From a virus: a stretch of DNA of 64,000 nucleotides. A program made the translations under genes and the position numbers. The stretch lies in the IMG/VR virus record IMGVR_UViG_3300020036_002522. One strand, given 5' to 3'. Under the pieces are notes generated by a model. It was given only the letters and a program-made list of their open reading frames with translations. It did no database searches and was not told where the DNA came from. Of this stretch, positions 1-9,474 are shown piece by piece (position 1 is the first letter of the stretch; every line of letters starts with the position of its first letter).

Positions 1-2
1 CT

Positions 3-224
3 CACCCAATCTCAGGTGAACCAGTTTGGCGTGATTCGTCGCCAACGTGGAACGGGCAGTGTGTGCAGGAAGTACAACCGTTGTTCGCCGCCCCAGTCCC
101 GCCAGTGCGGGAGCCGCTGAGTTACCGGGACATTCTTAGAATTTACAACGAAGTCGGACCAGAAGACGGCGTGCCATACCGATTTGCAGGGGCTATCGAA
201 GCCATCACCAAGGAGCAAGCATGA
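3..224 (+). CDS. C-terminal part of an ORF entering from upstream (hypothetical)
   Basis: Frame is open from the window edge to TGA 222-224. The stop overlaps the next start as ATGA (221-224), a junction type used repeatedly in this genome. Confidence 0.4.
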   Translation, partial: HPISGEPVWRDSSPTWNGQCVQEVQPLFAAPVPPVREPLSYRDILRIYNEVGPEDGVPYRFAGAIEAITKEQA

Positions 225-484
225 GTACATACAGACGTGGTGCCATGGGGCACGATCTAGCTACTGGGTCCGATAGGGGCCTACCAGACCAAACCACAGA
301 TCAAAAAGCAGGGGTGGGCCGAGTACCACCGCTTAAGCTTTCTGAGCTTAAAAGCAGACCCTGTAGTTTAGAAGAGCTACAGGCAGCGTTGGTGGAGCTG
401 ATTGAACTCTACAACCAACAGGGGAAGGTCATGAACGACGCTATCAATCGTAAACAGGACAAAGAATGGAGGGCTACCTTATGA
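221..484 (+). CDS. hypothetical protein (87 aa)
   Basis: ORF track; ATG start; ATGA junctions at both ends; same-strand tight packing. Confidence 0.5.
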   Translation: MSTYRRGAMGHDLATGSDRGLPDQTTDQKAGVGRVPPLKLSELKSRPCSLEELQAALVELIELYNQQGKVMNDAINRKQDKEWRATL

Positions 485-822
485 CACAGCGCGAAGCATT
501 TGAAGCGTGGTGGGGATGGTGGGGACAAGCGCCGGTTGAGTTGCAACCCTTGCAACCGCGAACCAGAGAAGATACATTGAGCGCATGGGTTTGGGAGGCA
601 TGGCAAGCAGCCCAAGCCGCGCAACCAGCACAGGTGCCAGCCGAGCTATCTCTGAACATCATTCGCAAATGGCCTGACGGATTCCAAAAACGCTTGGATC
701 ACGTTTGGAAAGACGTAGACGGATTCATCCCAAACGTGAAGCTGTACGACTTGCAACGGACGCTTGCAGAGTTTGGTTTCACTATGAAGGTTTACGAGCA
801 AGCCGCACCGGAGGTGAAGTAA
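481..822 (+). CDS. hypothetical protein (113 aa, Trp-rich N-terminus)
   Basis: ORF 466-822 trimmed to ATG 481, which overlaps the previous stop (ATGA) and follows GGAGGG. Confidence 0.55.
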   Translation: MTQREAFEAWWGWWGQAPVELQPLQPRTREDTLSAWVWEAWQAAQAAQPAQVPAELSLNIIRKWPDGFQKRLDHVWKDVDGFIPNVKLYDLQRTLAEFGFTMKVYEQAAPEVK

Positions 823-1071
823 ATGAGCACCAACGCCGAATACTACCCAACGCATGACCGCACATCGTGCAGTGACACCGACGCATGCAACGCCACGGCA
901 GAAGGAAGCACGGGTTGTGCACGGTGTACTGCAATTGCAATGGATCAGGCTGACACACTCGTTGACCTGATTAACAAAGTCCACAAAGCCAAGGGTCGGT
1001 ACCACACGCAGATCGCTATGTGCGACCTGTTTGACGCTGTGGGACTGGCAAACGAAAGGCCGACGAAATGA
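823..1071 (+). CDS. hypothetical Cys-rich protein (82 aa)
   Basis: ORF track; ATG directly follows TAA of the previous gene. Confidence 0.5.
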   Translation: MSTNAEYYPTHDRTSCSDTDACNATAEGSTGCARCTAIAMDQADTLVDLINKVHKAKGRYHTQIAMCDLFDAVGLANERPTK

Positions 1072-1214
1072 CCGACGAACGAATCTTGGAACTGGCGCAC
1101 CGCATAGCGACAAAGTACACGCATCGCAGCGACCCGACTTATTGCAGCTACGGGTTTGTCAAACACACGATGATTGATTTTGCGCGGGCTATTGAGAGGG
1201 AGATACGGGGATGA
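1068..1214 (+). CDS. small hypothetical protein (48 aa, below ORF-track cutoff)
   Basis: Read by eye: MTDERILELAHRIATKY... ATG 1068 overlaps the stop of 823-1071, and TGA 1212-1214 overlaps ATG 1211, giving two ATGA junctions. Confidence 0.4.
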   Translation: MTDERILELAHRIATKYTHRSDPTYCSYGFVKHTMIDFARAIEREIRG

Positions 1215-1435
1215 TCCATATTCACATCAACAGGCCAGCGCATCACTTCATTGGTCAGATTCGTAGATACGGCCATCAGCGATGGGAAACTGTCACCGGC
1301 AAATGCAAGACGCATCAGGCCGCAATGTGCAAAGCCATCAACGCAATGGCAGCAGATCACAACCGCGCTCGGGTGCTGCTGATAGCTGATTGCGGGTACT
1401 ACGAACCAACCGTTGTGCTGGAGGCACGCGAATGA
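1211..1435 (+). CDS. hypothetical protein (74 aa)
   Basis: ORF track; ATGA junctions on both sides. Confidence 0.5.
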   Translation: MIHIHINRPAHHFIGQIRRYGHQRWETVTGKCKTHQAAMCKAINAMAADHNRARVLLIADCGYYEPTVVLEARE

Positions 1436-1701
1436 CCGCATTACCAACCATGGCCGACGCACTAGCAGCAGGGGACGGGTGTCTGCATGCGCTGATTGAC
1501 GCCCTTGACGCGCAAGTGGCTGCTGATAAAAAGTACATCAGAGAGCTTGAAGACGCCAATACACCAGAGCTTGTCAGTCTGCGTGAGCAAGTGTCCGTAC
1601 TGCGCAATGCACTCAACGGCTTTATTGCAAACAGTTGCCGCGTCGATTGGCCTGCTGATATTTATGATGCAGCCGTTGCTGCGCAGAAAGACACGGTATG
1701 A
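1432..1701 (+). CDS. hypothetical coiled-coil protein (89 aa)
   Basis: ORF 1390-1701 trimmed to ATG 1432 (ATGA overlap with previous stop). Confidence 0.5.
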   Translation: MTALPTMADALAAGDGCLHALIDALDAQVAADKKYIRELEDANTPELVSLREQVSVLRNALNGFIANSCRVDWPADIYDAAVAAQKDTV

Positions 1702-1898
1702 CACCATTAAATGCCCTGATGCTTGGCGTGTTTATCGGCTGCGTGGGCGGGCTGGTCATTGGCTGGTTTGCATGGAGACTGCCGATGGTTTTTGCAGAGC
1801 AACGCGGCCAAGAGCTTGATGCAGACGGACTGACGATTTGCAGCAAGGAGGTCGCCGATGCTGGACGCGAAGCTATGGCGCAGAAAGGCAAGTCATGA
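1698..1898 (+). CDS. small membrane protein (66 aa)
   Basis: Hydrophobic helix LMLGVFIGCVGGLVIGWFAW; ATGA junction at 1698-1701. Confidence 0.5.
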   Translation: MTPLNALMLGVFIGCVGGLVIGWFAWRLPMVFAEQRGQELDADGLTICSKEVADAGREAMAQKGKS

Positions 1899-2221
1899 CC
1901 GCCCGCAAGCCCGGTGTACAGCACATCGACCAGCTGGCCTATCTGCGTTGCCTAGACGGGTGGACTGCGGTGCGCGACATCGCTCCGACAAAGCACAGCC
2001 GCAATCATATTCTGAAGTGTTTCCGGGACATGCTGGCCAAAGGCTGGGTGGAGAAAGCACCAACGCGTAAGTCACAGCCCGTTGCGTACCGCATCACGCC
2101 GCTGGGACAGCAGCAACTGGACGACAACAAGCCGAACCCGTGGTTAGCGCTGGGCAAGCGCATTGACCTAGGCCCCGAGAAACACAAATCAACAGGACCG
2201 AAAGCGAGCTTCTACATATGA
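1895..2221 (+). CDS. putative winged-helix DNA-binding protein (108 aa)
   Basis: ORF 1838-2221 trimmed to ATG 1895 (ATGA junction). wHTH-like segment KGWVEKAPTRKSQPVAYRITPLGQQQL. Confidence 0.45.
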   Translation: MTARKPGVQHIDQLAYLRCLDGWTAVRDIAPTKHSRNHILKCFRDMLAKGWVEKAPTRKSQPVAYRITPLGQQQLDDNKPNPWLALGKRIDLGPEKHKSTGPKASFYI

Positions 2222-2433
2222 CCCCCGAGCACACCGTCAACGCCGACAACATCGCCGTGGCTACCGCGTTCACCACCTTCCCAATGAGCACATGCCCGGT
2301 GGGCGTCGAGGTGCTGTTGGAGAACCCGGGCGGGGTGCTGGTGCGAGGCGCGTGGGACGGGCGATCGACAGTATGGCGGAGCTGGTTTCCGTTTCCGAAA
2401 CGATACAAAGGAGAAGAGAATGGCAAGACCTAA
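2218..2433 (+). CDS. hypothetical protein (71 aa)
   Basis: ORF track; ATGA junction 2218-2221. Confidence 0.45.
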   Translation: MTPEHTVNADNIAVATAFTTFPMSTCPVGVEVLLENPGGVLVRGAWDGRSTVWRSWFPFPKRYKGEENGKT

Positions 2434-2578
2434 GCCGAAAGAGGAGCTGATACCGGTGACGTACCGGTTGACGCGCAAGCAGATCAACAAAGTGAAAACC
2501 CGCGGCGGTGTTACGTGGCTACGCAAGCACATCAACGCTGCACGCAAACCGAAGGAGAACGTAGATGCAAGAACTTGA
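2420..2578 (+). CDS. small basic protein (52 aa, below ORF-track cutoff)
   Basis: AAGGAGAAGAGA precedes ATG 2420. Lys/Arg-rich: MARPKPKEELIPVTYRLTRKQINKVKTRGG... Confidence 0.35.
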   Translation: MARPKPKEELIPVTYRLTRKQINKVKTRGGVTWLRKHINAARKPKENVDART

Positions 2579-2909
2579 CCCCAACGGGATCGACCCCCAT
2601 ACACCCGGCGCGAAACTAGACGACGCGAAGCCGCTACCTTGGTTGTGTATCTCGGGCTTCGCCAACGCGCTGGAAGCCGTGGCCGACGTGACCACGAAAG
2701 GCGCTATCAAGTACACGCCCAATGGGTGGATGCAGGTACCCAACGGATCGGCGCGTTACATGGAAGCCTTCGGCCGCCACATGCTGGCGCTGGGGCGCGG
2801 TGAGGTACGGGACAAGGATACCGGCTGCTTGCATAAAGCGCAGTGTGTTTGGAACCTGATGGCCAGCCTTGAGCTGGATATTCGTGATGCAAAGGATGGA
2901 AAACTATGA
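2565..2909 (+). CDS. dATP/dGTP diphosphohydrolase N-terminal-like domain protein
   Basis: ALEAVADVTTKGAIKYTPNGW ... RYMEAFGRHMLAL ... TGCLHKAQCVWNLMASLE resembles, from memory, the small phage domain with AL-VA-V-GA-KY-NW / RH / H-A-N-L motifs. Confidence 0.5.
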   Translation: MQELDPNGIDPHTPGAKLDDAKPLPWLCISGFANALEAVADVTTKGAIKYTPNGWMQVPNGSARYMEAFGRHMLALGRGEVRDKDTGCLHKAQCVWNLMASLELDIRDAKDGKL

Positions 2910-3058
2910 AACAGTTTTACACCGACGAAGAACTTATCCGCATGGTGGACAACAAACCCGACGCTACCGAGCTTGAGCGGGAGCTGGCGGAGCGCTTGAA
3001 TAAGACGCTGCAAGAGAAGCAGGAGCGGAGGGGCACATGGCAACCAAAGAAAGCATAG
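2906..3058 (+). CDS. small hypothetical protein (50 aa, below ORF-track cutoff)
   Basis: ATG 2906 overlaps stop 2907-2909 (ATGA). Charged helical sequence MKQFYTDEELIRMVDNKPDATELERELAERL... Confidence 0.35.
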   Translation: MKQFYTDEELIRMVDNKPDATELERELAERLNKTLQEKQERRGTWQPKKA

Positions 3059-3324
3059 TCAAGGCGCGAGTAAAGAGACTGCTGGAGACATCACACGTCT
3101 ACTTCTTTTTCCCGGCAGCCAACGGGTACGGGCATGCCGGTATCCCCGACATCATTGCCTGTAAAAACGGCCACTTCTTTGGCATCGAATGCAAGGCCGG
3201 AAAAGGCAAGACTACAGCGCTACAGGACCGGGAGCTGGAGCGCATAGGCGCGGCGGGTGGGACACCACTCATAATCCGCGAAGACAATTTACATGAACTC
3301 AAGGAGGCACTTGATGCACACTGA
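3037..3324 (+). CDS. VRR-NUC domain nuclease
   Basis: GIPDIIACKNGHFFGIECKAGKGKTTALQ fits the PD...(D/E)xK core of VRR-NUC proteins; about 95 aa as typical. Confidence 0.75.
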   Translation: MATKESIVKARVKRLLETSHVYFFFPAANGYGHAGIPDIIACKNGHFFGIECKAGKGKTTALQDRELERIGAAGGTPLIIREDNLHELKEALDAH

Positions 3325-3574
3325 AAACATACCAAAAGACGCACCGCGTGTTGAATCCCGTGATGATGCGCGTGACATGGTGCACGCTGCACTGGAAGCC
3401 TGCTTCGCTACACCCCCAACGGCCGGCGCGGTGGTGCTGCTCAACGACATACGTGGTACGCGCATGTTCAACATCAACATGGATGCCGAAGAACTGGTGA
3501 CTACATTGTGCAGCAGCGGTGCGAAGCTGGCCGATGACCTCGGGTTCACGGATGTGGAAAGGGTTCTGCAATGA
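3314..3574 (+). CDS. hypothetical protein (86 aa)
   Basis: ORF 3293-3574 trimmed to ATG 3314, preceded by AAGGAGG. Confidence 0.45.
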   Translation: MHTENIPKDAPRVESRDDARDMVHAALEACFATPPTAGAVVLLNDIRGTRMFNINMDAEELVTTLCSSGAKLADDLGFTDVERVLQ

Positions 3575-5613
3575 GTAAACCTTATAAGACCCTGCTTTGT
3601 CTGGACGCGGAAACGAGGTGGTCTAGCAAGCCAACGCTATGGCGCGAGGAGCCGCTGACTTTGAGCAAAATGACAACCGAAGCGTACATCCGCGATCCGC
3701 TGTTCAAAGCGTTCGGGTTCTGCATCCACGAGTACGGTACGGACAAGGCAACGCAATGGTATCGGCACGACGAGCTGCCCCACATCTTCTCCATGTACGA
3801 CTGGAAGACAACGGCCGTTCTGGCACACAACGCGCAGTTCGATGTGGGCATTCTGTCGATGATCTACGGTATTCAACCGTGCTTCATCTTCGATTCCCTG
3901 TCGATGGCGCGGGCGCTGCGTGGCGTGGAGGTTGGCAACTCGCTGATGAAGCTGGCCGAAGTGTTCGGGCTACCGCCAAAGGGGCGTGCCGTGCACAGCA
4001 CCGACGGGTTGTACGAGTTGACGCCAGAGATCGAGCACGAGCTGGCCGAATACTGCAAGCATGACGTGTTCTTGTGCGAAGAGATTTTCACAAGACTGTT
4101 GACCGGCATGCACGGCGGCGGCAAGATTCACGACGCGTACCCAACCAAGGAGCTGCGCCTGATCGACATGACCATCCGCATGTTCACGAAGCCCCAGTTG
4201 ATTCTCGACGTGCCCATGCTGGAGAAGGCCCGCGACGAAGAGAACGAGAAGCTGCGCGTGGCACTGGAGCGCACCGGGGTGCAGGAGTCCGACTTGGCCA
4301 GCAACGACAAGTTTGCCGAGATTCTGGAGAAGATGGGCGTGCTACCACCAACCAAGAAGAAGCGCCCGACACTGAAGACGCCCAACCCTGTCGGTGAGAA
4401 CTTCGCGTTCGCCAAGAACGACGCCCACTTCCAGCAGATGCTCAACGGTGACGACGAAGATGTGGCGCTGCTGTGCGAAGCAAGGCTGCGGGTGAAGTCC
4501 ACACTGGAGCGCACCCGGGCCCAACGCTTCATCGACATCGCATCACGCGGGGCGCTGCCGGTACCCTTGGCCTACTACGGTGCGGAGACCGGGCGCTGGC
4601 AGGCCGCCAAGGGCAGCAGCATCAACTTCCAGAACATGAAGCGGGGCTCGTTCCTGCGTAAGTCAATCATGGCGCCGGATGGGTACGTGATTGTGGTTGG
4701 TGACTTGTCCCAGATCGAGCCGCGTGTGCTTGCATGGATTGCGGACTACCACAACATGCTGGAGATATTCCGCGCGGGTGGTGACCCCTACGCTACGTTC
4801 GGTTCGCAGATGTTCAACATACCGGGACTCAACAAGGACACACACCCCCTGCTACGTCAGAGCGCGAAGTCGGCTTTGTTGGGCTGCGGTTACCAGCTTG
4901 GCTGGGCGTCGTTCAGCGCGCAGTTGTTGGTCGGGTTCCTTGGCGCGCCACCCAAGCGCTACACCAAGGCTGAGGCGCTGCAGCTCGGGGTCACTGGTGA
5001 ACACGTTAAGCGCTTCATCAACAACAAGTGGCATATGGAGAAGATGTTCGAGATCGCGCGCACCTGCACCGACGAAGAACTGCTGATCCACTGCCTTGCT
5101 GCCAAAGCTATTGTGGAGAAGTACCGGGCTGCAGCGGAGCCGGTGGTGGGCTTTTGGAAGCTCTTGCAGGAGCGTATTACCAGCAGCCTTATCGGCGGTG
5201 AGGTGTACGAACACAAAGGCGTGTTCACCATGAAAAAAGAAGAAATAGTGCTTGTAAACGGCATGAGTTTGAAGTATCCTAACATTGAAATCTGCAAGGA
5301 CGAACGCGGGCATACCGAGTTTCGTTTTGGCACAGGGGATAAGAAAGGTAAGCTGTACGCGGGACGTATTTGCAACAACATAACGCAGGGTCTTGCGCGT
5401 ATCGTCATGTCTGACGGGATGCTGCGCACTGCGAAGCGTTATGACGTTTTGGGAACGGTGCACGACGAGCAGCTTGACTTGGCACCAGAGGAGGAAGCAG
5501 AAGCAGCGAAGGCATGGGTTCACGCGCAGATGATCGTGGAACCCAAATGGATGCCGGGCATTCCGCTCAATGCGGACGTCGGCTACAACAAACGATACGG
5601 GTTAGCAAAATAG
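3571..5613 (+). CDS. family A DNA polymerase with 3'-5' exonuclease domain
   Basis: Exo motifs LCLDAETRW, HNAQFDVGIL, YCKHDVF. Pol motifs DLSQIEPRVLAW (A), RQSAKSALLGCGYQLG (B), TVHDEQ (C). Confidence 0.95.
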   Translation: MSKPYKTLLCLDAETRWSSKPTLWREEPLTLSKMTTEAYIRDPLFKAFGFCIHEYGTDKATQWYRHDELPHIFSMYDWKTTAVLAHNAQFDVGILSMIYGIQPCFIFDSLSMARALRGVEVGNSLMKLAEVFGLPPKGRAVHSTDGLYELTPEIEHELAEYCKHDVFLCEEIFTRLLTGMHGGGKIHDAYPTKELRLIDMTIRMFTKPQLILDVPMLEKARDEENEKLRVALERTGVQESDLASNDKFAEILEKMGVLPPTKKKRPTLKTPNPVGENFAFAKNDAHFQQMLNGDDEDVALLCEARLRVKSTLERTRAQRFIDIASRGALPVPLAYYGAETGRWQAAKGSSINFQNMKRGSFLRKSIMAPDGYVIVVGDLSQIEPRVLAWIADYHNMLEIFRAGGDPYATFGSQMFNIPGLNKDTHPLLRQSAKSALLGCGYQLGWASFSAQLLVGFLGAPPKRYTKAEALQLGVTGEHVKRFINNKWHMEKMFEIARTCTDEELLIHCLAAKAIVEKYRAAAEPVVGFWKLLQERITSSLIGGEVYEHKGVFTMKKEEIVLVNGMSLKYPNIEICKDERGHTEFRFGTGDKKGKLYAGRICNNITQGLARIVMSDGMLRTAKRYDVLGTVHDEQLDLAPEEEAEAAKAWVHAQMIVEPKWMPGIPLNADVGYNKRYGLAK

Positions 5614-5622
5614 GAAAACACA

Positions 5623-5910
5623 ATGAAAATCAAAGTCGGTAAATCGCGGTACACGGTGACATTCCCAGATGTCGTCGAACCTAGCTGTATTGTTCACGGG
5701 CGCGTGAACTATGTCGACAAGACGATACAGATCGCACAACGCGCAGGTTGGCCCCTGCGCAAGATCAGCGACAAGCAGAAAGACGCTACGTTGTGGCATG
5801 AGCTGACCCACGCTATCCTCAAGGACATGGGTTCGCGCAAAGCAGCGGACGAGGTGTTTGTGGATGAGCTGTCCAAGCGGATGCAACAAGTAGCGGAGCA
5901 ACTGGAATGA
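5623..5910 (+). CDS. small protein with HExxH zincin-like motif (95 aa)
   Basis: TLWHELTHAILKDMG. No other domain recognised. Confidence 0.45.
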   Translation: MKIKVGKSRYTVTFPDVVEPSCIVHGRVNYVDKTIQIAQRAGWPLRKISDKQKDATLWHELTHAILKDMGSRKAADEVFVDELSKRMQQVAEQLE

Positions 5911-6584
5911 CAACGCCTGTTAATGTGACGTTCAGCCACTCTTCACTGAAGGACTTCCAAAACTGCCCAAGGAAATACTACGAGGTCAAGGTACTTGAGA
6001 AGTACCCGCGTGAGGAGACGGAGGCCACAGCCTACGGCACGCAACTGCACGAGCAATGTGAACTGCACATTCGTGATGGTCGCCCGCTGGATCAGAACTT
6101 CCGCTTCCTGCAACCTGTTCTGGACAAGCTAAAGGCCATGCCGGGGCGCAAGTATCCCGAGTATGAGATGGCGCTCACCAAGGACTTGCGGGTGTGTAAT
6201 TTCCATGCTCCCGACCGGTGGGTGCGGGGTATCGCAGACTTGATCATCGTGGACGACGACAACCTCACAGCGCGCGTCTTCGACTACAAATCCGGTAGCG
6301 ACAAGTACCCCGACACGTCACAGCTTGAACTCATGGCGCTGATGATTTTCAAACACTTCCCTCACATCCGCAGCGTGTCGGGCGGGCTGCTGTTCGTGCT
6401 CAAGAACTCTGTGCGCAAGTGCAAGGTCGAGCTGGATATGCAGGACAAGATGTGGTGGAAGTACCGCGAAGAGGTGGCGCGTATCGAGCAGGCCCACGCC
6501 ACCGGTGTGTGGAACCCGAAGCAGTCGGGATTGTGCCGCAAGTGGTGCCCTGTGTTGGACTGTAGTTTTAATGGAAGGAACTGA
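5907..6584 (+). CDS. PD-(D/E)XK Cas4-like exonuclease
   Basis: N-terminal Cys (FQNCPRKYY) plus C-terminal CRKWCPVLDC, the four-Cys Fe-S arrangement of Cas4/AddB-type nucleases. Core GIADLIIVDDD...VFDYKSG. Confidence 0.8.
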   Translation: MTTPVNVTFSHSSLKDFQNCPRKYYEVKVLEKYPREETEATAYGTQLHEQCELHIRDGRPLDQNFRFLQPVLDKLKAMPGRKYPEYEMALTKDLRVCNFHAPDRWVRGIADLIIVDDDNLTARVFDYKSGSDKYPDTSQLELMALMIFKHFPHIRSVSGGLLFVLKNSVRKCKVELDMQDKMWWKYREEVARIEQAHATGVWNPKQSGLCRKWCPVLDCSFNGRN

Positions 6585-6586
6585 AA

Positions 6587-6847
6587 ATGCCCAAGTCAAG
6601 TAAACAAAAGCTCGCGTTCCAAAAGGCCTACAACGCGCGCCCCGAAGAGATTCGGAAACGTATTCTCAACAACGCGGCCCGCGCAGAAGCCCTCAAGAAA
6701 GGTCTCGTGCACGTCGGTGACAACAAGGACGTTGCGCACATCAAAGCGCTTGAGAACGGTGGCGGCAACACACCGGGCAACACCAAGGTGCAGAGCGAGA
6801 AAGCGAATCGCGGCTGGCGCAAAGGCAAGTCCGGATACAACCCGTAA
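6587..6847 (+). CDS. small HNH-like endonuclease domain protein
   Basis: DVAHIKALENGGGNTPGNTKVQSEKANR has H...N...N spacing typical of HNH. Confidence 0.45.
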   Translation: MPKSSKQKLAFQKAYNARPEEIRKRILNNAARAEALKKGLVHVGDNKDVAHIKALENGGGNTPGNTKVQSEKANRGWRKGKSGYNP

Positions 6848-6868
6848 CGTAGAAAGGAAAAACACAAC

Positions 6869-7348
6869 ATGGCAATGACAAAAAATGAATCGTACGACAG
6901 AGAACGCAATAAGCTAGAAGAACATTTCGGCACCGCAAGGTCACGTGCTATGCGTGACCTTGACGACAGGCAGCTACAGAGTTTAGATAGGCAGTACCGC
7001 CGTGCACGCGAGGCGCTGGAGCGTGAGTTTGCGAACCCCGCATTTGATGACTTCAACGATGCGCTGCGTTATGGGTTGGAGAATAAGTTCAACGTCCAGC
7101 CTATGCCGAAGGCTGCAGTACCGACCTTTGATCCGAACAAGGTCGCCTCACTGACGATGGAGTTGACTGAGCTTGAGGTTGCATGGGCTGCACGGTTCGC
7201 CCGTTGTTGGATCAAGGAGTCCGACTTCGAGAACCCAGAATCAACAAGCGAAGAACAGCGCTTCTGGCACCACGCGTTTAAGCGCCTTCGTATGCACAGC
7301 AAGTTCGAGTCTTACAACGCTTGGTCCCGGTTAAAGGAGGGTGTGTGA
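6869..7348 (+). CDS. hypothetical protein (159 aa)
   Basis: ORF track; GGAAAAACACAAC-ATG ribosome-binding context. Confidence 0.55.
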   Translation: MAMTKNESYDRERNKLEEHFGTARSRAMRDLDDRQLQSLDRQYRRAREALEREFANPAFDDFNDALRYGLENKFNVQPMPKAAVPTFDPNKVASLTMELTELEVAWAARFARCWIKESDFENPESTSEEQRFWHHAFKRLRMHSKFESYNAWSRLKEGV

Positions 7349-7857
7349 TGGGAATACAAAACTACCAAGAATACGCCGAGCAGCAGGACCGGATATACAA
7401 AGCAGACCTCGAAGCGAAACGTATCCAGGGGATGCAGAACGCGTTAGCCAACGGGTACGATGGACGGTTGACGCAAGGCTTCGGTCAGACTGCTGTGGGG
7501 ATACAGCAGAACATAGCGCACACGCAAGGCCAACTGAATGCTATCAACAACGCCATGATGCATAACGCGGGCATGAGCAACAACGCCCGCTTCACTACGT
7601 TCCCCGGCGGTATGTTGGAGGAAAGTCGTACAAACACCGTAATCGATCCCAACAAAAATCCCGCGCTTGTGCCGCCGTTGTCCGCGATTATTGATATGTG
7701 GCGTGCAGCGTTCGGTGATACGTGGGTCGGCATAAACGATCTCAAAAGCGAGAGGGACTTCTGGCGTGCCGCCGCATCGCGCATGCAGTCGCAGAAGCTG
7801 ATGGAGACATGGGGCTCTTGTGCCCGACTTCTTGAGGAGCAATTTTGGAAATCCTAG
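7348..7857 (+). CDS. hypothetical protein (169 aa)
   Basis: ORF 7321-7857 trimmed to ATG 7348 after AAAGGAGGG; overlaps previous stop by 1 nt. Confidence 0.5.
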   Translation: MGIQNYQEYAEQQDRIYKADLEAKRIQGMQNALANGYDGRLTQGFGQTAVGIQQNIAHTQGQLNAINNAMMHNAGMSNNARFTTFPGGMLEESRTNTVIDPNKNPALVPPLSAIIDMWRAAFGDTWVGINDLKSERDFWRAAASRMQSQKLMETWGSCARLLEEQFWKS

Positions 7858-9407
7858 AAAACAAAGCTGTCCGATTCAGGACACGTGATCCCCACAAATA
7901 CAGCGTCATCCCCAAGCACCATGTGCAGGCCATCCCCGGGGGTTACGAGGTTACTGTCTACTGGTCTTTGGATGAAATGCGTGTACTCAAGAACCTTGGT
8001 GTCAAGAACGCACCATCGCCTATCGAGCGCACATACAACTGGCCCGGACGTTACAAGCCGATGTCCCACCAGAAAGCTACCGCAGGGTTCCTGACGCTAC
8101 ACCGCAGGGCGTTCAACTTCGGGGACCCGGGTACCGGCAAGACGATCAGTGCGTTATGGGCTGCCGACTATCTGATGCAGCGGGGCGAAGTGCGCCGGGT
8201 ACTGGTAGTGTGCCCGTTGTCGATCATGCAGAGTGCGTGGATGGGGGACATCAACCGCAGTGTTATCCACCGTAGCGCAGTGGTAGCGCATCATGCACAG
8301 GCCTCCCGGCGTATTGAGCTCATCCAAGGCGATTACGAAATCGTAATCATCAACTACGACGGTCTCAACCTGTGCGCTGACGAGATCAAGGCAGACGGGC
8401 GCTTCGATCTGGTCATCATCGACGAGGCAAACGGCTACAGCAACGCGCAGACAAAGCGTTGGAAGTCGCTGGCCAAGATCATTCAGCCCCACACCTTTCT
8501 GTGGATGATGACCGGCACACCCGCTGCGCAGTCCCCGCTGAATGCGTACGGCTTGGCCAAACTGGTGAACCCCAACGCGGTACCAAGCTATTTCACCGGC
8601 TGGCGCGACAAGGTGATGAACAAGATCACGACGTTCAAGTGGGCACCAAAGCCCGGTGCCAAGGACTTGGTGTTCAGTGTGCTGCAACCTGCAATACGTT
8701 TCACCAAAGCGCAGTGCCTTGATCTGCCGCCCGTCGTCAAGCAGACGCGTGAGGTGGCGTTGACTGCCCAACAGTTGAAATACTACCGGTTGATCAAAGA
8801 CCAGATGCTGGCCGTGGCCGCAGGAGAGTCGATCAGCGCCGTGAACAAGGCGGCGGTGGTGTCCAAACTGCTCCAGATCAGCGCCGGTGCAGCGCTCACC
8901 GATGACAAGGACGTTGTGGAGTTCGACGCCACCCCAAGGCTCAACGTGTTGCTGGAAGTGTTGGAGGAGACGCAGCGCAAGGTGATCATCTTCGCCCTGT
9001 TCCGGGCCAGCATCGACGTCATCTCGACATTCCTGAAAAAGCACGGCATCGCCACGGAAGAGATTCACGGGGGCGTCACCGCAACCAGACGCGGCGACAT
9101 CATCCAGCGCTTCCAGAACGCGCAGGACCCACGGGTACTGGTCATGCAGCCGCAGGCCACAGCTCATGGTATTACGTTAACAGCAGCCGACACCGTGATC
9201 TTCTTCGGCCCGCTGATGTCCGTGGAGCAGTACGTGCAGTGCATCGCCCGGGCGGATCGCCAAGGACAGGACTCTGACAAGGTTACCGTTATCCACATTC
9301 AAGGGAGCCCAATCGAGAAGAAGATGTTCGACGCCATGGATTTGAAGGTTGACGACCATGCCGTACTGACACAGATGTTTGATGAAGAAATGGGGGTTAA
9401 AAAATAA
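7845..9407 (+). CDS. SNF2/SF2 family helicase
   Basis: Motif I GDPGTGKT, motif II IIDEANGY, motif III MMTGTP, motif VI QCIARADRQGQ. Confidence 0.9.
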   Translation: MEILENKAVRFRTRDPHKYSVIPKHHVQAIPGGYEVTVYWSLDEMRVLKNLGVKNAPSPIERTYNWPGRYKPMSHQKATAGFLTLHRRAFNFGDPGTGKTISALWAADYLMQRGEVRRVLVVCPLSIMQSAWMGDINRSVIHRSAVVAHHAQASRRIELIQGDYEIVIINYDGLNLCADEIKADGRFDLVIIDEANGYSNAQTKRWKSLAKIIQPHTFLWMMTGTPAAQSPLNAYGLAKLVNPNAVPSYFTGWRDKVMNKITTFKWAPKPGAKDLVFSVLQPAIRFTKAQCLDLPPVVKQTREVALTAQQLKYYRLIKDQMLAVAAGESISAVNKAAVVSKLLQISAGAALTDDKDVVEFDATPRLNVLLEVLEETQRKVIIFALFRASIDVISTFLKKHGIATEEIHGGVTATRRGDIIQRFQNAQDPRVLVMQPQATAHGITLTAADTVIFFGPLMSVEQYVQCIARADRQGQDSDKVTVIHIQGSPIEKKMFDAMDLKVDDHAVLTQMFDEEMGVKK

Positions 9408-9420
9408 ATTCAAAAACCGC

Positions 9421-9449
9421 TTGCAACCGCCAAAGTCCAGAGTTATACT
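9421..9449 (+). promoter_or_regulatory. sigma70-type promoter candidate (TTGCAA-17-TATACT)
   Basis: TTGCAA 9421-9426, 17-bp spacer, TATACT 9444-9449, in the only real gap of this module. Inverted repeat CCAAAGT (9430-9436) / ACTTTGG (9447-9453) overlaps the -10. Confidence 0.5.
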
Positions 9450-9474
9450 TTGGACAGTCACAAGGAGAAAACAC

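Noticed and set aside
8154-9167. 337-aa minus-strand ORF
   Set aside because: It is antisense to the SNF2 helicase gene.
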